A DNA stretch of 64,000 nucleotides, taken from Octopus bimaculoides. Taxonomy: Eukaryota. The notes under the pieces were generated by a model. It saw nothing but the letters and a program-made list of their open reading frames with translations. It searched no databases and was not told where the DNA came from. The position numbers and the translations under genes are program-made. This document shows positions 23,708 to 36,603 of this stretch, one piece after another; positions within the stretch are counted from its first letter, which is position 1; every line of letters begins with the position of its first letter. The stretch spans positions 33,829,295-33,893,294 of the forward strand of contig NC_068998.1 in NCBI RefSeq assembly GCF_001194135.2. The letters are read 5' to 3'.

Positions 23708-26700
23708 TTAGATTCTTACCTTAGTTGATTATCAGTATAAGATGAATAATAATTTGAAATGTAATCATTAAAGATGCAAGGAAACATCATTACTAAAGGA
23801 TTATCAAAGAAAATACTAAGAAAATGTTGCAATTATTATAAATGTAGAAGTTCCATTCCATGTTTCATATACATAATTCCTATTCATGCTTTTACAATAT
23901 TGAAAACAAACAATCCAAAGCTATATTTCAATTTATTGAAAACTGTTTATGAAGGTTACCAATAATAATTTTGTAAGAAATGTAAGCCACTGTCTCTATA
24001 GCCAAGTATATCAATTAATGCTACCTTTATTTAAGTATTGGAAATCCTTCTTTGATCAACAATGATTATTCTACTCATTATAAAAGTCTTATTTTGAAAT
24101 ATTGCAAGCAATTGAATCAATGAAATTTGATATTTTGAAAATAAGGCAACTTGAGCAGCATACATTTTTAGTAAGAACAATTCTAGTTGCATTCTTAAAT
24201 GGTTGATGAAGAATATAATTTAATTTGTAATGTGATATGAATTGGGACCACAACTGTATAGATATGTTGTGCAAGTGTAACTCTTGCTGTATGACCAACT
24301 TGTAAAGATAGCTTCATATCTACAGTCATGGAGTAATGAAGCTATGTAATGTATATACATTTTGAACTAGCAATATCAATGAAGTTATTACCAATAAAAG
24401 GAATTTGATATTTTAGCACATGACAATAATCTTTACATTCAGAGGAAACTAATGGCTATCTGGATTATAAAATATCATAGGTATCCCCATTATAAGACAT
24501 AAAACCTCAGTATATATAATCCAACTAATACCTTGATATAATATTTGTAGTTTGCTTATAAACTTCAGATCAAAAGTGTGGGATCCTCTAGTTAGAGTAT
24601 AAGAGAGATAATTCTGTGGGAAACTTTTTGATTGCCACAATATTAGAAGTGAATAAAAATAACTACATTTAAAAAAAAAAACTTTTTATTACTGAGATGA
24701 GAAAAGCACAAATCAAGAAAAAGTTAAAATTATATAACATTGAAAAAAATGTATTCAAACAGTCACATAGGAATGTGTTATTTCTTTTTATGGCATCTAC
24801 ATGTTTCGTATATATGACCTAGTATACTGTAATTTTATTGCTATATGTATATATACACAAACACATACAGAATAAGTAGCTCAATACATGAACATCTATT
24901 ATTATACACACATATATTCAATGTATATTTACACACACACACACACTCAAACATGCACACTCAGACACAACACATACTCACACACAACATACACATACAA
25001 AGAAACATTGCTGCTCTCCACACTTCTTGAACTGCTGCTTGTCACCTCATCCTTTCTGAACCACCTCTATTTCTCTCAACTCCTTTGCCATACTAATATT
25101 TATCCACCAGACTTCTACCTTTTTGCATTACTCACTACATCTACTTGTAGTCCAACCTCCAACCATCTGTCACTCACTTCCAACACTTTTATGAAATTTC
25201 TTACCCATTCCTTCTCCCTTCATCCACTTTTTATATTTTCCCTTATACTCACCTTCTTTTGCTTTGAAAGTATGCTCTGGCATCCCATCATAATTACATA
25301 ATGACCTGGTAAATCAAGATCAATGTAATAGTAAAAGTAAGTATGGATGTAATTGTAGAGCAGGTAGTAATTGCCTCCAGAATGGAAACATCCTGCTTAG
25401 AAACATTCTGTATAAAAATAATATAAGGATACATAATGCATACAAGTATCACACAAGGTCTACAACAAATCTTTTAACAAATGTTATTAATCTTAGTTTT
25501 AGGCACTCAAGCTTTCTGGTAGAAAGCTTTCTGGTATTATTTACTTCCAACCCAACCTCCAACTATCTGTCACTTATTTCCTACACTTTCATGAAACTTC
25601 TCCCCGTTCCTTCTCCTTTCATCCACTGTTTATATTTTCTCTTATACTTACCTTCTTGTAGAAATATATTTTATCTACTAAAGGTATAAATTGTAAGTTG
25701 GAATGCAGTATTACATATTCAACCAAAGAAGTACTATGATTTATGTACAAGTGAAACACTTGAAACTTTAATAGCAGATTGAAGTTTATTAAACAGAATA
25801 AATGAAATTATTATTAAATGCTGGTAGAAATTTTCTTTGACATTTAATTATCATGCAATATGAAAATATGAAAAATTATGATGGTGGTAGTGGCAGTGGT
25901 GGTAATGGTGGCGGTGATGGTGATTGTAATGGTGGTAGGAAGAAGAGGAAGAAAATGATGTATGATAGTACAGGATAGAGCTATGTTAGTTATAATTGTA
26001 GCCATATAAATGTAGATGTATGTGCAAAGGACTTTTTCTAAATATGATTACAGATGTTAACAACATTAGCGAATCAGTATGATATAATTAAAATTGAGTT
26101 TACGTGTAGTGACTCCCTATTGTCACTTTCACTCAGCTTTCTTTCATTAATTTTTTGTTAATAATTTAATTGATTATGCTTATGCACTTTAAAATCATAC
26201 TCTTTATATCATATTCTAAGTTTCATTCAGAAAATGATAGCTATGAATAAATATTGGTGTTTATGTATCCAAATTTATCTGAAATCAGCTTGCAAATAAT
26301 AATGTCATAAATAACATTATAATTTTAAATAAGGTTTACATTTAACGATTCCCTACTGCTTTAGTTTAACATTACTACATTCACATTGCCTATCATGCAC
26401 ATGATCGTTTAATCAATTATTATACCGTAATTGATCAATTATTCAAATTTATTCTTATTTATCTGACCGATCATGTGTTAACTGCTAACTGCTACAAAAC
26501 CATATTATGTTTTTCTAAGATTTTCTAAGGATTTTCAAATATTCATGTGAACTTTTCTCTGCTTCATGATATTATATGATATTCTTTTGTATTACACTAT
26601 CATGTTATATTATCATGTCTTTAATATGCAAATATGATTTGCATCATTGCTAATTCTCTGTAACACATGGCTTATTTATGTAGCTAAGTTATGAAATATT

Positions 26701-26779
26701 CTATGTATCACTCCCTAACTATGATATATTTGAGTATTCTATGTGACAAATGAATGTATAATATAATGCACTTAGAAAT

Positions 26780-26915
26780 GTAGCTGTGTGGTGAGAAGCA
26801 CATGGTTTTGGGTTCAGTCCCACTGCCTAACACCTTGGTCAAGTGTTTTCTGCTATAACCTCAGGCTGACTAAAGCCTTGCAAGTAGCTTTTGTATTTGG
26901 AAACTGAAAGAATTT
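26780..26915 (+). mobile_element. SINE 5' head (OR/RK-like), running into microsatellite and gap
   Basis: GCTGTGTGGTGAGAAG...GGTTCAGTCCCACTG...GGAAACTGAAAGAA. Confidence 0.8.
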
Positions 26916-26949
26916 TGTGTGTGTGTGTGTGTGTATGTATATATATATA

Positions 26950-27744
26950 NNNNNNNNNNNNNNNNNNNNNNNNNNNNNNNNNNNNNNNNNNNNNNNNNNN
27001 NNNNNNNNNNNNNNNNNNNNNNNNNNNNNNNNNNNNNNNNNNNNNNNNNNNNNNNNNNNNNNNNNNNNNNNNNNNNNNNNNNNNNNNNNNNNNNNNNNNN
27101 NNNNNNNNNNNNNNNNNNNNNNNNNNNNNNNNNNNNNNNNNNNNNNNNNNNNNNNNNNNNNNNNNNNNNNNNNNNNNNNNNNNNNNNNNNNNNNNNNNNN
27201 NNNNNNNNNNNNNNNNNNNNNNNNNNNNNNNNNNNNNNNNNNNNNNNNNNNNNNNNNNNNNNNNNNNNNNNNNNNNNNNNNNNNNNNNNNNNNNNNNNNN
27301 NNNNNNNNNNNNNNNNNNNNNNNNNNNNNNNNNNNNNNNNNNNNNNNNNNNNNNNNNNNNNNNNNNNNNNNNNNNNNNNNNNNNNNNNNNNNNNNNNNNN
27401 NNNNNNNNNNNNNNNNNNNNNNNNNNNNNNNNNNNNNNNNNNNNNNNNNNNNNNNNNNNNNNNNNNNNNNNNNNNNNNNNNNNNNNNNNNNNNNNNNNNN
27501 NNNNNNNNNNNNNNNNNNNNNNNNNNNNNNNNNNNNNNNNNNNNNNNNNNNNNNNNNNNNNNNNNNNNNNNNNNNNNNNNNNNNNNNNNNNNNNNNNNNN
27601 NNNNNNNNNNNNNNNNNNNNNNNNNNNNNNNNNNNNNNNNNNNNNNNNNNNNNNNNNNNNNNNNNNNNNNNNNNNNNNNNNNNNNNNNNNNNNNNNNNNN
27701 NNNNNNNNNNNNNNNNNNNNNNNNNNNNNNNNNNNNNNNNNNNN
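26950..27744. other. Assembly gap (largest); other gaps at 1969-1988, 12285-12557, 22079-22146 and 37329-37402
   Basis: Runs of N, each adjacent to (TA)n or a repeat arm. Confidence 1.
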
Positions 27745-29178
27745 TGTATTCTTTTGTTCATCAGTACAAGGTTACTTCACAGTTTTTTCTGTATTTGATT
27801 GAGAAACCAGTGGTTTACCGTTGAGTTAAATGTTTTTAAGAGATAAATTTTGAAAAGCTGCATTCCCTCACTTTTGGTAAATATGTTGCTTATTTTTGGT
27901 AGTTTTTTTTTACTTATTTAGTCCCTCGATAGCGTGAGGCATTAATACACAGTTAATGCCCTTTATATATAATTAAATATATCTATGAAGAAACGATGAA
28001 TTTTTTCATTACGAAATTTTTCGTTATTTTTTCATTATGAGTTTTTTTTCACGCTGACTACTTGATAAATTCTTATAAAGAATTTATCCTATATTATATT
28101 ATATATATATATATAGACAGATAAATAGATAGATATACATATGTATATAGAGAGACAGATAGATAGATAGATATACGTATATATATATACTCATTTCAGC
28201 CATGTAACTATACTCGTGCTTTTCTCAGACTTTTCTTTTCCTTCCCTTCAGACCTTCCCTCTTTCCGCTTTATGATAAAAATCCATACTTGAAAAGTCAT
28301 ACCCACTCTTTTTCCCCATCTTAAACTGAGCAACAACCTAATACATTCACTGTGCAGGCGCTTTTGACGTTTGTTGCTTTTGTTTTTATCTTTGATTTGA
28401 CACACACACACACACCTTTGTATTTTGTCTGCCGGTAGTGAATATGTGCATATATGGATGGCTTCATGTAATAATCTACAGGGCCAAGTTGCTTCATTAT
28501 ATTTCTTTCATCTCTCAAGATCCATTGTTCTCTATGGTACTTTAGGACTCTATTAAACTTTAGCATCTATGAGTGGTTCAACCTGATTGGCTAAGACATT
28601 ATCTTGATGGCGACAATAATTCATTTATAGACCAATTTAGCCAGTGACCAGCAGAACCAATATCCTTATTTGTGATTTACGTTTTCTTTATTTCATTTTC
28701 TGCTATTTTTACTGTTGTTATACTTTTATATTTCATATATATTGTATTCTTTTTTATTTTATATTTACTTTCTATTTTTGTCTTTTTTATTTCTGCTCCT
28801 TTTTCCTTCATTATTTATATATTTCCTTTTCCCTTTTCTATTTTTTAACTTTTTCTTTTCCTTATTGCTTTCTATGAATAGGTGTGGTTTTCATTTTGTA
28901 AATTATTTTTAAAAAGGAAAACCTAATAATTTGATCCTTACACCCTTTGTCATTATATTTTGTAATGAAGGTCATTGTAATGTTATGTAAATGGTACAGT
29001 TTTATTCAAATACATGTGTATGTAAATGTATGCACACACATACTCACACAGCATACACATCATCATCATCGTTTAGCATTCATTTTAAATGATGATAATG
29101 ATGGTGATGATAATGTACATATGTCTGTGTGAGTGTGTATTTTTACATTTTTGCTTAACATGCAGACAATCAGTTTTT

Positions 29179-29227
<49 letters not shown>

Positions 29228-30519
29228 TCGTGTTAGTATAGATGTGCATTTGAGGCAGGATTTTATGGTTGGATGCTCTTTTTGTTGCCTACTCTCATCT
29301 TGTAAATGATTTTTTTATGGTATGGATTTTCAAAAGTATTTACTGACCAGTCATAATAACAATGGAAACTGTCAGCAATGTCCCACGCAAATCATTCTAG
29401 CATGCAAAGCAGACATAAAATGAGGAGGAAGATAGTGATGATTAATATTAGCTTAGTAAACTAGTAACTGTCATAAATGTAGGATAAACAATGTTAACAG
29501 AAAAGGTAAACACACTTTGCAAGTACATAGCCTCATGCAATCCTTAGATATGCATTACATAATGCACAATTTTATCAAATTCTGAACTATTGTATTTTCA
29601 ATTATCATGAAGCTGGAAAAAGGGCAGGGTCTGCGTCTTCTCTCTTTAACTGCCAACTGTCTTGCAAATGATGAGACAGATAGATGTGTCTATTAGAAGA
29701 ATATTAGCTTATACATCAAATGTTTATTTGATTCTTACTCTAATATAAACATATACATGCATTCATATTCATATGTATAACTACACATAACTTACAACAG
29801 AAACCAATTCACCTTTACCGTCTCTGTCTAGTTCAAAGCCATTTTAATTATTTGTAATTGTCAATGAATGTCAAATAACTATTTGATACTTTAATACAGT
29901 CACTGTCATAATACAACCAATGACTAAAGCTGGTGAGTAGCTTTAGGTAGTTTAAGTAATCCATCAACCAATGGCTCATAATAACTGAAACACTAGCATT
30001 GAAATGTAGCTTTAATGAGGTATTAAGAACTTTATACTTGGTTTTATTATTTCTTGACTAAATTATCAAACGTCATAATATGCAATGCGTCTTTGGCCTT
30101 CTACTTTAGGAGAATTTAAGGAATTAAATCTGTCATCCTGTTTAAATGAAGAGAAGTGGACTACTACTTCCTGTGTTTTTGTTGTGGTTGACAATAGAAA
30201 TTCAATGTTGTAATTTGAGATGAAGTGTCAGAATAATTTTAACTCAATATTTCTTAAGATCTGAGACTTTGATTGAGAACTTGGCCATGTAGGCTATATG
30301 TATGTTAGGCAAATATGATTGAGAGATTTGTATTCCATTGGAATATACTTCCACCTTTTCAAATATGCTGCAGAAGTTGCTTAGTGTTTCTGAGCTGCAC
30401 ACTTTTTACTACATTGCTCAGTTTAGTTAGGTTGAGCGATTAAATTTCAAGTCATTTGAGAATGCTATCTTTAATAGAAAAATCATGTTTCCAGAGATAG
30501 ATTTATCTCTCATCCACTT

Positions 30520-30870
30520 AATACCATATAACTAAAGTTAAGGTTTAATGTTTCACTTGCATGCATACACTTTGCATATACTGTCAAAGTTTACTGTTGG
30601 CTTATATGTTTTGCATTTATTAGAAAAGTTTGCTGCATCTTAAAGATTAATATGTTACACAGCATATATTACTAAGGTGTATAGTTTCATTTACATACAT
30701 ATCTTTGCATATATTATCAAGGTTTACTGCATCATTTGTGTACATATATTTGTATCTCTTACCAAGTTCTACTGCTTCATTTACACACAAATATTTTGTA
30801 TATATTATCAAGATCTCCTGTTTCAGTTACATACATATCCTTCCATATGTTATTGCTACTATCAACTGGG
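30520..30870. repeat. Degenerate 45-bp minisatellite, 4 clear units plus 2-3 decayed units
   Basis: The TCAT/TCAG anchor occurs at 30687, 30732, 30777 and 30823 (periods 45, 45, 46). Confidence 0.75.
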
Positions 30871-31361
30871 TTTTTGCATTTAATTTTGCCAAATACTAAC
30901 TAATTAAGTTAGTTAATATCTTGTAAGTGATTGTTTATTAGTGTTTAGATTTCATTCTCACTACCCAGTTTTTTCAAGTTATATGGTAAAATAATAATGA
31001 TTAGCAACCTTTAAAATATAGTTTTTGGATTAATGGCTTCTGTTGTAAATACTTTCACCTAAAGAAAGTTAAATGAATGAGCTCAGAATTATTTCTCAGC
31101 CTATTTTAGCAACTATGTTAAAAACAGCAGCCAAATTACCCTAACTCTCTGGTGATTGACTCCATCAATCTCATCAGTCAAACTTCAAAGTTGTTGTCAT
31201 CCTTTCCTTATAAAAAAAGACTTAATACTGTACTTAAATGTAATACTGTATTCTTTCAATTAAAGATTCATTGTTTTTATATATGATTTTAGAAAAAGTA
31301 TTCACACATACATGCATACATATCCATACATACATAATTATATGCATACATACATGGTATA

Positions 31362-32990
31362 CAGTTGTGAAAAGAGGGAAACTGTAAACTAGACTAGCAA
31401 CATCTCCATCAATGACTTAACTGTTTCCCCTATATCTGATGAGGAATGTTACAGGTATCTAGGGGTGGATGAAAATGTATTTTAAAATGACACCCGTAAC
31501 AAAATACGTGTCACTAAAGAATATTACAGCTGAATAAAGAAAATTTGAACCTTGGAATTCCCTGCTTTCAGTAAAACAGTGGCCCACGTGTTTGCCATGC
31601 CAGTACCCATACCAGCATTTGGGCTGCTTGATTGGATGCCTGATGAGATCTGAGCCTTTGTTGTGAAAACCCAGAAGATACTAACCAGACCACATAATTT
31701 CCACATCTACAGTGATGTCGACCACCTCTACCTAAAGCGCAAATAAGGTAGCAGAGGCTTAACATCGATCCAATTTGCCTTTGAATGTCGTATCATATTC
31801 CTTTGGAAACATCTTTTGACCATGAAGTGTCAAAGTGCATCCCTTGACTAAGTTTGCATACTTGAGGCTGATAACATCATAAAAATTGGAAGGCATCTCC
31901 TTGAGTAGCATTCATTATCTGATAACCTTAAATACATGCCCAAAGAAGTTGCACGACTCTATTGTGACATATCATCAGATGAAAGGCTGAGTGTATATGA
32001 GCAAAAGACTATGCATGGATATATTAGTAGAATGCACCAAGGTGAAAGTAACATTCATCATCAAAGCAGTCTATCATGGACCAATAGACGGATTACTACC
32101 TCCCACTTTGAAGGGTATGTGTTTGCAATCTAGGAGCAGGAGATATCAACAAAATACCTGATGTACAAAGGAGACAGAGATGCAGGCAAAGCAGTAAAAT
32201 GTGACAACCAATGCAGACTTTGTAAAGTTAACACTGAGGGTATCTCCCACATCATAAGCACTTTTCCGAAATTGTCATCATGGTATTATCTGTCTATGAG
32301 ACATGATGTTCTGGCTAGGATACTGTATTACAATGAAATCTGTTGGAAGGATAACCCTGAGGAAAAAGAAACAAGAACCCACAGTATGGTAGAAGTCATA
32401 GCCACTCATAGTAAAAAAGAATACTGATGGAATGTCCCAGTGAAGACTTCAGATCTGATAAAATAATTTGGGATAGAGAAGAGAAACTGTGTACAGTTAT
32501 GGAAATTAGTTGTCCAGCGGATGTTAACATAAAGCTGAAGATCAGCGAAAAAGAGAATACCTACATTGAACTATTGAAAAATTTGCAGTCACTCTCTCTA
32601 GATTATAAGCTCAAGTTTATACCTGTAATTAATGGGGCACAAGGATATGTAACACACCACATAAATACCAATCTCGAGATATTAGGCTTATCAAAACCAG
32701 AAAGGAGAAAGTTGATTCGAAGACTACTGATCTAATCCATCACTGGAACTGTAAAAATCTGTAAAGCTTTCTAGAAGTTTATCATTTAAGTATATATGAG
32801 CATGTATAGATATGCAAATATATGCATGAGAAGACACACATAAAGCAAAACATACAAACCTACACACATACATACATACAAAAATACCCTGTTGATGTTT
32901 AAATTCTAATGAAGGAGCCTTGGATCTAGGTTAGAAACTGGCTCTTTCTCTACTTGAAGGAAATCTTGAAATAAAACTGAATAATGACAT
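31362..32990 (+). mobile_element. R4/Dong-like non-LTR retrotransposon with restriction-like endonuclease, 5'-truncated and pseudogenised
   Basis: RT end ECYRYLGVDEN, zinc knuckle CRLCKVNTEGISHIIST(C>F), RHD motif, IIWDREEKLCTVMEISCPAD and EKENTY, then a 3' UTR and (CATA)n tail. Multiple stops and frameshifts. Confidence 0.85.
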
Positions 32991-33650
32991 ACATTCACAC
33001 ATACATACATACATGTATTCATACTTGTATACATACATACATACAGGTAAAAATAAGGGTGCATAGCATTACTTATATTTAATGTGAGTGTGTTTGTGTG
33101 TGTGTGTGTTGTGTTTTTATAAGCATTATTGACCACACATACTCAATGTATGTGCTTTGCTTGTTTTCTGGTATGTTGTGGTATAGTACTGTAGGAATGA
33201 CTCTCTCAGATAGCTGGGTGTTAAAACATCTGAAAATCATAGAGAGGCATAACAACTCACTCCTAATCACATTCAGGAGTGATGGATGCCACTATTTTAC
33301 CATTTTTGTGGTTTATCAACATCACATATCTGAATGAATCTGGAGACAAATGGAATCACCAGTCTATGACTATATGCAAATAGTGTAAAAACATTTTTCT
33401 GGTATGCCACAATGAGGCATTTGCAAGATTGAATTCAATTATGAAATAAAAGTAGCACTAGTGCTGTAAACATTGCTGACTGCACATACTCAATGCATGT
33501 ATTTTGCTGGTTTGCTGTGGTATAAGCATGATGGGGATGACTCTCACACAGAGCTTGGTGTTAAAACACCTGACGGTCATAGAGAGTGAGACAAGTCATC
33601 CCTAATCCCACTATTTGTATATAGTCAAACATAGCCATTTCTTTCTCTCC

Positions 33651-33694
<44 letters not shown>

Positions 33695-33852
33695 AATATA
33701 TGAGTATATGCATATATATGTACATGTATGTATATACGTTCATCTACATGTACATATAGATACATAACTGGGTACATGACGTGGCAAAAGTACAAGGACA
33801 AAATGGTAAACAAGGTGCAACAAACAAGCAGGCCACATAGAAACATCCCCTT

Positions 33853-33887
<35 letters not shown>

Positions 33888-35241
33888 GAGACCAAAGTGT
33901 ACATACGCCACTATATATATAAATATAAAATAGAACAAGAACGCAAAACATCCAGACAGGTGATACAAGAAAGAGACAACAAAACATCTAGATAGACGAT
34001 ACAAAGAAAACAAGGACGGGTCATTTGGAGCTTTCTTTCCTCATTCAAGTTCCAGATTATCTTTGCAATTTCGGCTGGTTATATATATATATATATATAT
34101 AACATAAATAATATATAAATATATGCATATATCCATACATATATGTACATACCTACATCTATATGTATACATACATGCATATATGGGTACAGGACATTGC
34201 AAAAAACGTTAAACACAATGAGAAACGAAAACAAAGATGAAGACAGAAAACGAACTTTTTTCGAACAACGAAAAAAACAAATAGAGAAACGAGACATGCA
34301 GCATAAAGAATATTTCCCCTCTTCAATTGTCCCTGTTCCATCTACTCTTCGTTTCTAAGGCAAGGACAATATGCGACTTCGTTGGAGCAGTTCTTCTCGC
34401 AAAAAGCAAATTAATTAAATTTGGAATTTTTTGCGGAGGGTGAAAGTGTAAACAAGAACAGGACAGTGAGAACAAGACAGTAAAAACAAGACAAGACAGT
34501 GAAAACAAGACAAGACAGTGAAAACAAACGGTAAGGACTGTTAGGCCAAGACAATAGAAAAATTATTATTTTGAACACGAAGTTAGATGTGAATGAGAGA
34601 CAAAAATAAAAAAAAAATTCATGTCTTCTCTATAGGAAGGCAGGAAGTAGAAAGAAAGAATCCCTTTCATCACGTGTCAGCGATGAGAGGGTCAAGGAGG
34701 AGGAGTGAGAGAGAGGGAATGGTGAAAGGAAGAGAAGAATAGGGGAGGGTTGGGAGAGAAAAGCAGAAAGGATGAAGAACAAGAGAGGGTGAGAGACGGA
34801 CAGGGAAGTGATAGTAATAGTAGTAGAGTGCGCAGTAGAAATATTAATATATATATCAATCTGTAAATCTCACTTAACATAGATATACTATAGAAAGCCA
34901 CAAAACTACAGTGTTCATCTCCCAGATAGATGTATAGTGCTAAATAGCACAGAAGTGTATCAGTAGCAGATAAGAACATTCAGCTATTCAGCAGTAGTTG
35001 TGGAATTGCTAAATCATGATATCTGTGTCTTCACACATCATCGGTAGAAGGTGTCCACTATCAACCACATGTGTAGACAAATTTAGTCTCTAGTGATAGA
35101 GAAAAACAGTAATTAACAAATTTTAGCCAACCCACCTGCAATTTGCAGCACTATTGCTTTGTCAACTAATAAAGAACTACAGCTCTCACCTGTAGGAATG
35201 CACCTTATTTAGTTATATAATTTATTTACCAATGAGACACA

Positions 35242-36135
35242 CAAGGTGGTTTCAAAAAGTTTCCGTTCTAGTTATGTTTAATAAAAAATAACTTATTTAC
35301 CTAAATTTTAACATCATCTGCTTCGAAGTAGTTACTTTGTGCAGCAATACACTGGTTCCAGTATACTTGTCACTTTTAGAATCTGGTCTGGAAGTCATTT
35401 TCTGTAAGCGAGTCGAGAACCTTCTGCAATTTGCTCTGGATCTCGTCGATGGTGTTAAAATGGTGACCTTTGAACTGCATTTTCATCTTGAGGAATAGAT
35501 GGAAACCCACAAGTGCTAAATCTGGTGAATAGGGTGGTGTGAAGTGATACCATGTTTTTGATGAGAAACTCACAAGTGAGGAGAGCTTGGTGAAGAATCT
35601 AATTCTTCATGCTCCACTGATCCAGTCGTTTTTGCTGAATGTCATCCCTCAAATGTTTCAAAACACCAGAATAGATCTCTTGATTGATTGTCTGGCCTTG
35701 GGGGATGAATTCTCAATGCATAATAACATATTTCTGGGTTGAAGTGTATGTCAAATCTTCCAGATCACTCGTTGTCTTCTAGAGACATTCTTCCACTTTT
35801 GAAGCACCAGTGTCACTGAAAAGATTGCGTATGACTCATTATCTCTTCACGGTAAGCTTGTTGAATCATGTTCAATGTCTCTGTAGCAAATTTGCCAAAT
35901 TTAACACAAAATTTCAAGTTGACTCTTTGTTCCTGACCATGACAGAATCGCAGACTACAGCATACACGTGATCACTAAAAATACAAATTTCACAACTTGC
36001 CAAGTAAACAGAGTGATGTCATTTGGCACACTGCCTCATGAAGATCACTGCTACCTCTCACTGCACACACAACCGTGTGCTGCCATCTGTTGGTGTGCTA
36101 CAGAACTAGTGAGGGAACTTTTTGATACCACCTTG
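35242..36135 (-). mobile_element. mariner transposon deletion derivative (second family)
   Basis: TIRs CAAGGTGGT(T/A)TCAAAAAGTT match 19/20, with TA on the right. Fragment PPYSPDLAL.GFHLFLKMK...KGHHF. Confidence 0.9.
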
Positions 36136-36249
36136 TATGCTTTATTAATTACAAATCTAATTATCTCTCAGCCTACCGTTTATCTAACTTGTATATCTAT
36201 TGTACCTCACCTTAGACAAAAAGAAACTCACCATTTTTAGTTGCTATAT

Positions 36250-36465
36250 CTGTATCCTTTATCTTTTAATTGTTTCAGTCATTAAACTGTGGCCATGCTG
36301 AAGCACTGCCATGAGGAAATTTAGTCAAACAAATTGACCCCAGTAATTTTTTTATAGCCTGGTACTTATTTTATCAAATATATTTTGCCAGACTGCTAAG
36401 TTATGGGGACATAAACACACCAACACCAGTTGTAAAGTAGTGGTGGGGCATACACACAGACACAA
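36250..36465 (-). mobile_element. SINE 3' half (OR/RK-like)
   Basis: GTTTCAGTCATT...GGCCATGCTG...CTAAGTTATGGGGAC...ACACCAG shared with 1501-1700. Confidence 0.75.
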
Positions 36466-36603
36466 AGACACATACACACACATATGTGTACATATATGTG
36501 TGTGTATATATATATATATATATAAATAAAAAATAATAATAATAAGGCAGAATGATAAACTGAAAGCATATTTTAATATAGATGTGCATAAGGAGGATTA
36601 AAA

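Noticed and set aside
24060-24420. Protein-looking minus-strand frame (VGHTARVTLAQHIYTVVVP)
   Set aside because: Contains in-frame stops, with no motif or splice support.
26853-27824. ORFs of about 300 aa
   Set aside because: Artefacts of reading through an N gap.
32905-32950. CTAATGA...GAAAC as a hammerhead in the R4-like 3' UTR
   Set aside because: G5 is absent, stem I does not form, and a simple 9-bp hairpin explains the conservation better.
33720-35200. Segments that look like familiar octopus interspersed repeats and a possible very old GIY-YIG relic
   Set aside because: There is no second copy in the window and no convincing motif, so classification would rest on recollection only.
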